Positions 41,445-53,853 of a stretch of 64,000 bases of DNA are shown piece after piece (within the stretch, counting starts at the first letter, position 1; each line of letters starts with the position of its first letter). Source of the DNA: Eledone cirrhosa. Its lineage: Eukaryota. The stretch is from assembly GCA_964016885.1 (NCBI GenBank), contig OZ024740.1, positions 148,304,001-148,368,000 of the forward strand, written 5' to 3'. The notes beneath the pieces are model-generated. The model saw only the letters and a list, made by a program, of their open reading frames with translations, did not search any database and was not told the DNA's origin. Both the position numbers and the translations under genes were made by a program.

Positions 41445-43255
41445 TGGTTTGCGCAGACGTGGTACTATAGGCTCCCGTAGTCTTGTTTTTATATATTTAA
41501 ATCGTTGTTTTGTTAAACAGTTTTATTACACAAAGGACAGTCTTTACCTTAAAGAAGGGAAACTTCATAATATTTGGATCTTTGGTCCAAATACTTGAAT
41601 TTTATAATTTGAATTTATGCCTACAGAATGTTTTTGGAAAAAATAAAGGCGACACAACCTCCTTTTGGTGCCAGAGCAGCGACAAAACCATGTCACATGT
41701 CAGCGCTGTGGACTACAAAGGCTGAAAATAGCGCCACAGCCTCCACCACCACCTAACACCATCACTGTCACAACACTAACATGGCTACCGCCACCACCAC
41801 CACCACCAACAATAACAAAACAACAATAAAAAGAACAAGAACAACTTAGAACAAGATAAATAGATAACTGAAATCCCGAAATTAACACCTTCGATACCAC
41901 CACAAAATCTACAATCTAACAAAATGAACGCATCAGAAAACAACAACACTTAAACCACCACTTAACAAAAGCACAAATAAGAATATGAACATCAACAACA
42001 GTGACAACAATGGCAGAATCAGTAGCCTCAACAACAGTAACACTAAGAGTAACAACAACAGCAGCAGCAACAAAATAAACGTAGACAATTACGGTAACAT
42101 ACCATATATTTGGAGTGAAGTCACGCTGAGTAGAGCCTGCCACCAAGTCCCAGATCCAAAAGGCTTTGGATTTCGTATGGGGGATTTGAGATGGTTGACA
42201 TATTCTTTAAAACCCCAGAGGAAGCCAGACGACACTTCCTGGCACAATGAGGAGCAAACAACTAACTCTGCTGCCAACATATTGTGGCTAAAGATTAATA
42301 AAGATCAGAGTGACCATAATAGCTATTCTTTGGCTAGTGAAAGCTGTCCTCATAGACGTTGTGGATAGCACCTCAATTTTAAAAGTGAAAAATCAAGCTG
42401 GAAAACTAGTCAGGATCGGGGATGGAACTACTCATCCAAACAAATCAAGAGAATATTGAGGACATCCCAGACATAATAGGTAATCTAGATGGCACCCACC
42501 TCCTCGCTCTCAGTCAATTGGGCAATATAATCGTGGAAAACTCCTCATGGGCGTTCTATAGTCAGTAAAAATGAAAACGTTCTTGGGGAGACTCTGGGCG
42601 TCGACGAAAGTCAACTAGCGACTATTTTCTGGAGGACATTCGGTCAATTGCACTTGGACAACTGCCAGAAACCTCTCGCCTGACAGTGCTACCGAGGAGA
42701 ATTGTCAGTTCTCGATAAACTCTACAGGCCGGCCTGTCCGATATGTGTGCAGGTCGACGAAACCGATCTGTACGCACTCGTCGAGTGTCCGAGTATTACT
42801 GACTTGTCGGTTTATGTCGAACACTTGTTGTCACGTGTAGGACGTATCCGGCTATCAGCCGAGTTCATCTTGAAGATTGGCCCACTGTCTTCGTTTAGCT
42901 GGGAAGTGCAAGCAGTTTTCATCTGCCTGGTGACCATGGCGAAAGAGATCGTGTGGACACGTTCGAGAGTGTTGGTGACAATCACTTTCCTTTTCGGCGA
43001 AGCTCTGATTGACTTTTTCACGTTTCTCCGCGTGTAACATTTGGAAGTTCTCCCCAGTGGAGAATTTATTTTGTATGAAATATTTTACGTTTTTCTTTGT
43101 TTCCTTGTTTTTCTTAAAACGTGTTTCCACTGTAAAACCCAGTGTACCATCCTGTGCCGCCCCATACTGACATGTGCCGTCTTTAATGTTTTCTTCATGT
43201 GAGGCCTATGTGGCTAATAAAGAAACCATTATTATTGTTATTATTATTATTATTA
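41445..43255 (+). mobile_element. Heavily deleted Tx1-like LINE (5'/ORF1 remnant joined to the ORF2 C-terminus and 3'UTR)
   Basis: ORF1 remnant (gtcccagatccaaaaggctttgg = QIQKALG), C-terminal zinc finger CPICVQVDETDLYALVECP, and 3' end aataaagaaaccattattatt. Confidence 0.75.
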
Positions 43256-43256
43256 T

Positions 43257-43683
43257 GGTGGATTGGCAGTATCGGTAGAGGGTCGGACGCCATGCTTTGC
43301 AGCATAGAGTTACGGCTCTTTATGATCTGAGCTCAAATCCCGCCGAGGTTAACTTTGCCTTTCATCCTTATGGGGTCGATAAAATAAAGTACCAGTCACG
43401 CACTGGGGTCGATTTAATCGACTTTCCCCTCCTCCCAAATTACTGGCCTTGTGCCTATATAAGAAACCATTGTTATTATTATGGTGGATTGGCAGTATCG
43501 GGAGAGGGTCGGACGCCATGCTTTCCAGTATAGTTACGTCCCTTTACGACCTGAGTTCAAATCTCGCCGAGTTGACTTTGCCTTTCATCCTTACGGGGTC
43601 GATAAAATAAAGTACCAGTAATGCACTTGGTAATTGCTGGCCTTGTGCCTAAAGTAGAAACAATTATTATTATTATTATTATT
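43257..43683 (+). mobile_element. Two tandem SINE copies (43257-43480 and 43483-43683)
   Basis: Both start ggtggattggcagtatcgg, carry a B box and core, and end in (ATT)n. Confidence 0.9.
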
Positions 43684-46600
43684 GGTCTGTTCGGACGTCT
43701 TTTTGCTCGTTCCCAGCAAGTCGCTTTATTTACCTGTTATAATTATTTGTTATTAAATTTTTCTTGTGTAAGGGATTTGCCTGTGAAGTGGAAAGTATAA
43801 TATTTTGGCCTTTTGGCCCAAATATTTGAACATTTTACTTTTAAAAATAAAAAACAAAACAAAAACAAAGCTGAGCCACGCCCCCCAGCAATATGTCTGC
43901 TGTCGTGTGACACCGGCGTAAAAGTTGAGAGGAGGGTTACAGAAATTGACAAACACCACCACAAACAACGTGGACAAAGACAGCAATGACAACAACACTG
44001 AGAACACTAATTTAAAAGAAATTACCACACCAACTACAACAATAACACCGACAACCAAAATACAGACAACAGAAAAAAATGACAACAAATGCAACAACGA
44101 TATTAACACCACTAACAAGAAAATAAACAACACCAACAGCAACAATACAAATTGCACCGAAAACAACAACAACGGTGGCACCAAAATCAAAAACCAACTA
44201 CAACAGTGATAACAGCAACAACACCAACAACACCGTTTGTAGCAGTAGCAACAGCAAAAGTAACAGCACCAACAAGACCAGTAGCAGCAGTAGCGACAGC
44301 AATAATGGTACCGCCACGGAGGAGGAGATGGCAGTCACAAGGGACATGGTGACAAGAAATGACAATAGAGTTTCCCTGAAACCTCCACCCGATTTGCATG
44401 CTATGCACGGTGACTTACCGCACCGTAAGCAAAATGTCACATCGGCTGGAGAGAGCCACGGAGGCTCAAATCCAAAAGGCCTTGGGGTGCGTCTGGGCGC
44501 GCAAAACCCACATCACCCGTTGCAAAAAGTATGCCACAGTAGACGTACTTTTCGCCACCCCCCAAGAGGCGAAGTCTCACTCTTTGGAAACCCTAAAGAG
44601 AGAGGAGATAGTCTTGGGCTCTCCTAATGTGGGCAGAAAATTGTGAGGGCCAAAGTGACCCAGGTCCCGCCTGACGTGCCCATACCTTGGCTGTACTTGC
44701 TAGAATCGAGGACAGGACCACCATACTGCAAATACAGAGAATGGGAAGAGAGAACTGGTCAGGTGTAGGCGTGCAAATGCTAATACAAACTGACCAATAT
44801 TGTATCAAGGCCATCCGAGCTATCATAGACCTCGAGGAAGGACTCGAACTCCCTATAAACGTGGAAGGAAGGCACCCAAAGTGCTATCTCTGTGGGCAAA
44901 AGGTTCACCTCAGAGCCTTCTGCCCGCAGAAGACAGCAAAGAAGAGGGGCCCTCTCCTTTCGACGCCTGATCCGCTGCTACCAAGAGCAGGTTAGGCAAC
45001 AGAGGCAGAAGACCCGTCCATGGTGTGTAGGAGGGCAACGTTAGTGGCACCCATACCAAGGCCACAGTCGACTAAAACAGCGGCAGCAGTGGCGGCAACA
45101 CCAACAGTCACAGTAGCTACACCGGCGGCAAAATCGCCGGAGCGGGCTCCACTACCACTACCAACAGCCGTGGAGCTCATACCCCTTCCAGACGCCACGA
45201 AATCCGACATGGAGTATGAGGCGGGAGTGAAGTGGCAAAAGGTCTGCGACAAAAAGCACAAACGAAAGAACCACTTAGCTTCACCTTCCAAAAGCAAGGA
45301 CAAATAATGAAGGGTAAAGGAGACTTGCAGCAACATCACCACCATCACCATCACACCCACAAGCATCACCACCAACAACCATTACCATCACCACCACAAG
45401 CATCACCATCAACTGCAACCACACCACCACCAGCATCACCAAAAACACCATCATCGCAAACACAACAAAGAACACACACCCAACAACAACAAGAAGAAGA
45501 CAGCAGCAACAAAACGATCCCTCCCCCCCAAAAGTACACAGCCATAAACATTGCACACCAAGGATTAATGGAACATATAAAACAGCACACCAATATTTCA
45601 GACGCAAATTACCACACCCCACCAACACCAAGAACATTACCAAAAATTTTAACATTGTGGAAATTGAACTCGAACATTGCAAACAATTAAAACAAAAATT
45701 CCCCAACGCAGTTGGGGATTTCAGGGGGTCACTCTCCAAGATAATCTATACAGATATCATATTGGAGACACCCATGACCAGCCGAAGGGACGGTTCTACT
45801 GTCCCTTCCCCACAAGATCAAGGCAAGTGATCCTTTCTCACTTACCCCGTTTCTCATCCAACGTGGCCGTACTTAGAATAGGCAGTATAAATGTACGTGG
45901 CCTGGGGTCATCTTGGAAGCAGGGTCACCTGCTCAGCGACCTCAGGTGACTAAACACAGATGTGGTGACCATCAGCGAGACCAGAATCTCCGAAACACGA
46001 CCCTTCGCACCGATCTTTGGCGGCCACGATGTATACGCATCTCCCAGCCTTCCATGATCGACGGGAGGAGTTGCTGTGATTTTTCGGAGAGGCATGGATC
46101 TCACCATACGGGCCATCTTCCTGGACCCAGAAGGTAAGTCGGTGGTGCTGGACGTGACCGGCAGCGAAGGCAAGCTTTCAGGCTAGTAGCGGTCTACGCC
46201 CCAACAGGGCAGGACGGCCAGATTTCTCCAGACGTCTAGAGACCTTTCTTGGAACTTCCCGCTCTTTAGTGTTAGTGGGCGACTGAAACCGTATCTTAGA
46301 AGCACGCTGGGATTATATGAGGCTAGTAGACAGGGGAGGAAGGTGTAAAAGCCTCAACAACCTGCTCAGACCATTTGAACTGTCTGACAGGTGTAGACTG
46401 GATTATCCGAATGTGCCAATGTGGATATGGGCAAACCGCATCGGGTCATCCAGATCGTATTTAGATAGGGTATTCTGTAGGGAAACAATTTAAAGTAATC
46501 GACTACACGGACCACAAATTTGTGATCTGTGAAGTTGACTTAGATAGACTCCATAGGCAAGGGCCCGGTTACTGGAAGCTGAACGCGTCGTTCCCGGCGC

Positions 46601-49390
46601 GAAAATCTTACAGATACCGGATTAGCGAATTAGTTAAGCGTGCGTTGACGGGTGCGATCATCAACATCACGTGGTGGTTTACCCTGAAAAGGGCTATTAG
46701 AGTAGAATCGATAAGGTTTAGCAAAGGAGTGGTGATAGATGAAAATAGAGTAGAGGGAGAGTTAGTTAGAAAGCTAGAATGGGCGTTTAGGAAAGGCATC
46801 GCAATCGACGTGCTTGCGGCGAGATTGGCACTCGACCAATTCTTCAACACAAATCATGAAGGCTGCGTTGTCAAAGATAGAGCACGTGCTCTAAGACGCG
46901 AGGGGACAAAAGCCGTTCAATGGGCTCGGGTGGTGGAGGCGCGACCTGGAAACAAGATCACAATTCGGTCTTTGCCGGATCAAAGCGGGTGCATGTTGCT
47001 CGAACCCGAGCAGATGTGTGCGGGTTTTCAACAACACTTTACTCAATTGTTCGGGAGCGGTGTCGGGCCGGATCGGAGCATGGACTTCGGTGCATACCTC
47101 GACGGACTGCCGCGGCTCTCGACGAACGCAGCGCAGTGCTACGAAAAGCCGATAACAGCAGGTGAAATACGGGAAGCGATGTCTGACTGCACGAGGGGTA
47201 AATCGCACGGTTTGGATGGTCTGCCCTACGAGCTTTATGTGTATATGCCAGACTTGTTCGGCGACCTCTTGCCAGATGTCTACTGCAACTGGCAGCAGAA
47301 CGGGAGCATTCCTAGTTTTGTGAGCCGGGGAGTGGTGGCGCTACTGAGAAAAGACCCGAACAAGGGGGACGTTATAGACAACTTCAGTCCCATAACTCTG
47401 CTAAACGCAGAGTTTAAGATTTTGGCCAAAGTGTTAGCAAAGAGATTGGTGCTTGTCGTCGGTGATCTGGTGGGAGAGGCGCAGATACGCGCCATTCCGG
47501 ACAGATCCATCCACGACAACCTCCTTCTCATGCGATACATCATATAGAGGGTGGTTAAGGAACCTGACTCGGGTGGGGCCCTGAACAACTTGGATCAATC
47601 TAAAGCATTTGATAGGGTCGACCATCGGTACCTGGCTGCGGTCCTCGAGGCGGCCGACATCGGGCCCGTTTTTAGGAGCCTGGATCGCTGCGATGCACAG
47701 CGACATCTGCTCGATTGTGAGGGTGAATGGTCACCTGTCGCAGCCGTTCAGCATCATGCGCTCGGTCCGCCAGGGTGCCCCCTCTCGTCCCTCTTGTACG
47801 TACTGGCCCTCGAGCCGTTACTGCACAAATTGGAGACGAAGAGGGGGGTCCCACGCGAACTAGGATGCGGGAGATCTGTGTCAGCTTACGCCGATGACGT
47901 CACCATGGTGCTGTCGAGCACCAAACACGTCCAGATACCCCGCACCACTCTCAAGGAATACGAACCGGTGACAGGAGCAAAGAAAATCCAGGAAAAGTCG
48001 GTGGGCTTGCAATCGGCACCTGGAGAGGCAAGTCCATGCCGTCCGACAGCGTCGTGGCGCGCTGGACGGAAGGACCGGGTAAATTGCTCGGGGTCTCGTT
48101 CGGTCCGGACCTCCAGATGGAGAAAAACTGGAGCGAGGTGACGAGCAGGGTGACTTCTCTCACCCAGAAATCGGCCGAGAGGAGGCTGTCTCTGAAAGGT
48201 CGGACGGAGGTGGAGAATGCGTGCATCGCGTCCGTCATCTGCTACCGCCTGACCGTCGTACCTTGCCCCCGCCCAACTCTGACCAAAATGGAACGCCTAC
48301 TCTTCCGCTTTTTGTGGAATGGACGTGCTCCCATGGTCAAACGATCCATTTGCTGTGAAAACTCATTTCGTGGAGGACTAGGCATGCCGTGGCTGATGAT
48401 GCGCAAACATGAGCTGAGGCTGCGACATCTCCGGTGCTTCCTTGACGGTGAATAGGTGTGGTCGCCGTTTGCCAGACGCGCTTTTCCCCAGCTCGTCTCC
48501 TTGACGGAGCTGCAGTCCTGGATCAGCAAATGGTCGAGGGATAGCGCTAGTGGGGGGAAAGAGCGACGACGTTCTCGGGGAGACCCTGGGCTTCGAAGAC
48601 GCAGCTGTTTGCTCTCTTCAAGAGAACTTTCAGACCCTGGCCTGGCAGTGCTACCGGGGAGCGTTTCTGGTTCGGGATAAGCTCTACAGGAACGGAGGTG
48701 CTGTCAGCCGAGCCTGTCCGAGATGCGCGCAGGGCGACGAAACCGTCCTGCACGCACTCATTCAGTGCCCGAGGATTGCTGACTTGTGGAGCTATGTCGA
48801 ACAGCTGCTGTCGCGTGTAGGACGGATCCGGTTATCGACTGAGTCCATTGTGCAGATAGCCCCGCCATGCTCCTTTAAAGAGGAGGAAGGGCAGGCAGTT
48901 TTCATCTGCCTAGTGGCCATGGCGAAAGAGATTGTGTGGTGGACAAGGTTGAAAGGGTTGAAGACGAACACTTTCCTCTCCGGCCAATCCCTGATTAACT
49001 TTTTCAAGTTTCACTTGAAGAGGAAAATCAAGGAGGAGAGGCAGGTGCTGTCTAGTAAGTTTGTTGAAAGGTGGGTGAAAATGGCCAGTCTGGTCCGAGT
49101 GAACGGGCTCGCTCTGAGTATGCGCCTGTAGACTGAGGAGTGGGAACACTGAGAGAGGGCGCTTGCCCTGGTGGTCAGGGTGGCCGTGGTCTTTTCGCCA
49201 CGAATAACCCTCGGGGGTTTCCCCCCTTTTGGGGAACTTTTGTTTTTTGAATTTTTTGATTTCTAGCCCGATTTCCATCTTGTTATAACCTGTTTACACG
49301 ACCAAAACCCACCGTCCTGTACTGTTCTGTGCCTTATCTAATGTTTTTTTTTTCACGTTAGCCCCTGTGGCCAATAAAGAAAGCATTATT
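43684..49390 (+). mobile_element. Near full-length Tx1-like (L1 group) LINE, copy A
   Basis: Low-complexity ORF1 with CCHC knuckle KCYLCGQKVHLRAFC, APE-RT ORF2, C-terminal zinc finger, AATAAA and (ATT)n tail. Preceded by (ATT)n. Confidence 0.9.
45862..49131 (+). pseudogene. Tx1 ORF2 (APE endonuclease, reverse transcriptase, zinc finger), disrupted
   Basis: LRIGSINVRGLG, YWKLN, GLDGLPYELY, LDQSKAFDRVDH, AYADDV and CPRC..ETVLHALIQC. Multiple stops and frameshifts. Confidence 0.9.
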
Positions 49391-49431
49391 ATTATTGTTA
49401 TTATTATTATTGTTATTATTATTGTTATTAC
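49385..49431. repeat. (ATT/GTT)n tract shared as the tail of Tx1 (+) and R4 (-)
   Basis: Directly visible between the two tail-to-tail elements. Confidence 0.85.
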
Positions 49432-49506
49432 TCTTTGAGTCTCAGTCATTGATGTTAGTTAACTGGAAAGTTTGTTGAAATGAATATCAAGCCATTACCT
49501 GCAGCC

Positions 49507-52500
49507 TCAGATATTCAGGACGTATCGGAGGGTTCTTGCTGTTCCAAGCAAGCATGCCTTTTGAAGCGTTCCAAAAAGCGTGAAGGGGCCAATTTTCTTT
49601 AACCATCCCTGGAAACTTTTTGAGATAGTCCCTAGTGCGCCTATGACAATCGGGATCACTTTGACTTCATGGCAGTTCCAAATCCTTTTTACCTCCCACT
49701 TTAAGTCCTGGTATCGGTTAATTTTCTCCCTCTCCTTCTCTTGTACTCTCGTATCGAATGGGCAGGCCACATCCACAATCAGGCACGATCTTTTTTCTTT
49801 GTCCAAAACCACCAGGTCAGGTCTATTGTGTTCCAGTTTCTTGTCCGTCTGTATCCTAAAATCCCACACCACCTTCACCTGATCGTTTTCTATCACCGCC
49901 TCTGACTTATGCTCATACCACTTCTCAGAATGTGGTAAATTGTTTACTTTGCATAGGTGCCAGTGGATCACCCTGCCCATCACATCATGTCTCCAGCCCT
50001 TATAGTGAGTCTGGGCTAGGTGTTTACACTCGGATACAATGTGAGCCACAGTCTCCTCTCTTTCTCCACAGATCCTGCACAGTGGGCTAGCCTCCTCCTT
50101 GTAAATGTGGTGTTTCAACCACTTCGTTTTGAGGGCCTGCTCCTGCGCATCCATTAACATTCCTTCTGTAGCCTTTTTAAGGTCTCCTCTTTTCAACCAG
50201 TTCCATGTCTGTGGATCTCTAAATTCAGTTTTCTCAAAGAAAGTACTATAAAGGGATTTTTCCTGAAGGCTGCTCTTTCTCCTTGATATTATTTCCTCCT
50301 TGGACATCGCCTGGCCTATTGTCCCCTCCTTCAGTACAGTTCTGAGCATTGGCTCCTTACCATCAGTCACGTATTTGTGTAGGTTGTTTTTCTCCATCTG
50401 AACACAGTCCTCTATGCTGATAAGACCTCTTCCACCTTCAAATCTCCTTAAGTAGAGTCTATCGACATCACTCCTCTTGTGGAACATATTGTAGATAGTC
50501 AATAGCTTCCTAGTTTTCCTATCCATTTCTTTTTGTTCAGCAACATTCCATCTCAGAATTCCCGCACTGTACCTAATAATAGACACAGCTCGGGAATTTA
50601 CTGCACTTATGGCATTCCTACTGTTCAGATGTGACTTTAATACGCTCCTTACTCTCCGAATGTATTCAGTTCTTATCAATTCCTTAATTTTTTTGTTCTT
50701 GATGTCATCAGCCTCCAGAACGCCCAAATACTTGTATCCTTCCTCAGAGTCAATTTCCTTTATCATCTCACCTGTTGGTATCTGGATTCCGTTACTTCTG
50801 CTCAGCTTACCCCTCCTCATCACAATGACTCCACACTTATTAATACCAAATTGCATACATATATCATTGCTGAAAATACGGACAGTGTCAACAAGCACAT
50901 GCAACTCCTTCTCACTCTTCCCGAAGAGCTTAAGATCGTCCATGAAGAGGAGGTGATTGATGGTAAGCCCTCCCTTTCCCAACCCGTATCCTGCTCTCAC
51001 TTTTCGGAGTACACTGGTCAGGGGCATCAGGGCAAGGACAAACAACAGAGGGGACAGACTATCTCCCTGGAAGATACCTCTCTTGATCTTCACGCTTCCC
51101 AAGGATTCTCCAGTTGATGTTAACTCTGTTTCCCAGGACTTCATACTTTTGCCCAACAACTGTCTGATGTTATCTGCCACCTTGAAGATCTCCAGGCTTT
51201 TGGTGATTCAAGAATGAGGCACCATGTCAAATGCCTTTTTGTAGTCTATCCATCCCATGGCAAGACCAGTGTGTCTCCTCTTGCAATTCCTCATTACCAT
51301 CTTATCAATAAGTAACTGGTCCTTTGTACCACGTGACTTCTTTCGGCATCCTTTCTGTTCGTCTGGTAGCAAGTTGTTTGTGTGGAGGTGATGGTAGATT
51401 TTCTCAGACATAATGCTTGTCAACAGTTTCCACATTACGGACAGACATGTGATAGGTCTATAGTTGGTAACATCATTACCCTTGATTCGGTCTTTCATTA
51501 TCAGAACTGTGGTACCTTTTGTCAACCACTCTGGTACCTCACCTGACATCAAGCAGTCATTGAACATGGTTGTCAGTTTCGGGTGGAGGGATGTTATGTT
51601 TTTAATCCAATACCCCTGCACACCATCTGGGCCAGGTGATTTCCAGTTGGTTAGTCTTTTGGCCTGCCCCTTAAGAGTTTCAACTGTGATACTCAAATCA
51701 GTTTGTTGGTGTACCTATTCACTGATCTCCTTCTGTACTGTCTCAATCCACACTGCCTGGTCATTATGTTTAACATCCTGCTCCCATATTCCTCTCCAGA
51801 ATGTTTTAGTTTGTTCCGCCTCAGGGATCAAGTCGTTGCCTCTTTCTTTCCCTTCAAGCTGTCCAAACAGCATCTTCTGGTTGTTGTCGAACATGCGGTT
51901 CTGTCTATACTGACTGACTCTGTTCTCGTATCGCCTGATTTTTGCACTCTTTGCTACAATGCGTTGCTTCAGTTCCTCTATGATAATATTTAGCTTTTTC
52001 CTCCTAGTTTTGTACTTTATTTCCAGTCTATTTTTAGTGTCTATGTTTTTTAGTGTCCCATTCAGTAGGGACTCAAGCTTTCCAATGTCATTTCTCATTT
52101 CCCTGATTTGACCACTCAGTCGTTTCTTCCACCAAGGCTCTGCTCTTTCTTGTCTGTTGTTTCCTCTCGCTTTTATACCAAGTAGTTTCCTCACCGTATT
52201 TGCTGTATCTTTGAGGATATTGTTGCACTGGTGAAGGCTCCTCGCCTCAAGGTATGGGATGACTTTGTTTACCTTAGCTGTTGTTTCTTTTAACTTTTTC
52301 CTGTCTACAAATCTTACGTTCATAGGTCTCCCACTATCATTGTTCAATTCATCTACCACTAAGTTTAGGATATCTACCAAATCTTGTCCTAGCCCGTCAG
52401 CATTCATCTCCTCAGTGGCCGTATCTCTGTTCCAGGTATTATTTATCTCAGCATTCAGATCATTGTCTGCTTCGGGTGGTTCCTCCGTTCTCTCGACCTC

Positions 52501-52930
52501 TTCACCTTCATTTCCCACTGGCTCGTTTGCCTGGCATACTCCACCCTCCATCTCCAAGCTAATCTCTGCTCAGTTCCTCCAGTTCTGGCTCGCTTATCCA
52601 CCCATTAGTTCTTATTACCCGAGCCTGCCCGGCCAGTTTTTGTTCATCTAATTTAAATGGACCAATCTCGTTCCAGATGTTATGCATCCTTTTCCTATAG
52701 CCTTTCTCCTTGGGGTTACTCTTCAGGTAACATTGCATAACAGTTCTATTCAATTCTTCTGTCCAGTTGGTTCTGGTCCCTTTCCTTCTTCTTCTTCCTC
52801 CGACACCAGCAGTATTTGGTTGACAGCCAGGTCCCTGCTGCTGAGCCAGGGAGCACCTGTTGGGTGAGAGTCTGTCACATGACATTCTAGTCTCCATTTC
52901 ACCGTTATTCGAACTGTTTAGGTTCGACAT
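49507..52930 (-). pseudogene. R4-clade ORF: RT, CCHC finger and restriction-like endonuclease (about 1140 codons, one frameshift and two in-frame stops)
   Basis: WKSPGPDGVQGYW, YRPITCL, WIDYKKAFDMVPH, GIFQGDSLSPLLF, HLLFMDDLKL, YKYLGV, CRICGEREETVAHIVSEC, RHD and RPDLVV...IVDVACPFD. Track ORFs 52559-52930, 51715-52557, 51208-51696 and 49507-51180. Confidence 0.92.
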
Positions 52931-53260
52931 TTAAACACTCTTATCGAGGATTGGCGAATGTATGGTTACATAACCACCGGTGAATTACTTGTCTCCGGTG
53001 GTTTCGTCACTCCACGTGACTTTTGTGTGGCATTATCACGCTGTAGACGAACCCAAATAAACAAACAAACAAACAGGCAGAAAAAAACGAAAAAATGAAT
53101 AAGCATAAGTTTCATTGTAATGTAGTGTTTGAATGTCTGACTTAGTTTTTCCCTTCCCTTCTCTGTCCGTCCGTTTGTTTTTCTCTTCATTTTTATTTCC
53201 TTTACGTTTTTCGTTGTTGCTGTGCTGCTTTGATTTTTATTTTTGTTTTTTTTATATTTT

Positions 53261-53815
53261 GACCGGGTCATCAATTCAGTCTATTTATATATTTTGATGC
53301 CTTCCTCTTTTAGTGAGAATTCTACAATGTAGCAGGGGCTAGCGGGAGAGAATAGCGGCGGTAGTGACAATGAGGCAGCGGCGGCGGCGGCGATGGCGGT
53401 GCTGTGCCAGCAGCAACTAGCAGGAGGTAGTGGGAGAGAATAGCGGCGGTAGCGATAATGAGGCAGCGGCGGTGGCGATGTGGTCGTATTACTGTAGCGA
53501 TGGTTTTGAAGATGGAGTAGAAATTTGAGTCGACTTGACCAGAGTTTTCATCGTGGCAGTGGTGGTGGTACCGGTGGTGAAATTATCTTTAGTGAAATTA
53601 TCATTAGTCGCGTATATGTGTTGACACATTATTACTTAATATTGGAATTAAACATTTTGTTAAAACTAAAACTTAATTTTTATTTATTTATTTATTTTTT
53701 TTTGACCGGGTCATCAATTCAGTCTATTTATATATTTTCATGTTTTCCTCTTTTAGTGGGAATTCTACAATGTAGCAGGGGGTAGCGTGAGAGAACAGCG
53801 GCGGTAGTGATAATG
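53261..53815 (+). repeat. Direct repeat, 112-bp copies at 53261-53372 and 53704-53815 (period 443 bp)
   Basis: gaccgggtcatcaattcagtctatttatatatttt...agcggcggtagtga.aatg in both copies, with a sub-repeat at about 53426-53480. Confidence 0.85.
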
Positions 53816-53853
53816 TTTTTATTATTATTATTTTTATTATTATTATTATTATT

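Larger units (their letters stand above)
49432..53816 (-). mobile_element. Near full-length R4/Dong-like RLE non-LTR retrotransposon
   Basis: Single long ORF (RT + CCHC + RLE) with a (TAA)n tract at the 3' end. The 5' boundary is inferred at the (TAA)n tract 53820-53853. Confidence 0.8.

Noticed and set aside
43257-43345. tRNA-like A and B boxes
   Set aside because: These are SINE heads and form no cloverleaf, so they are not called as tRNA genes.
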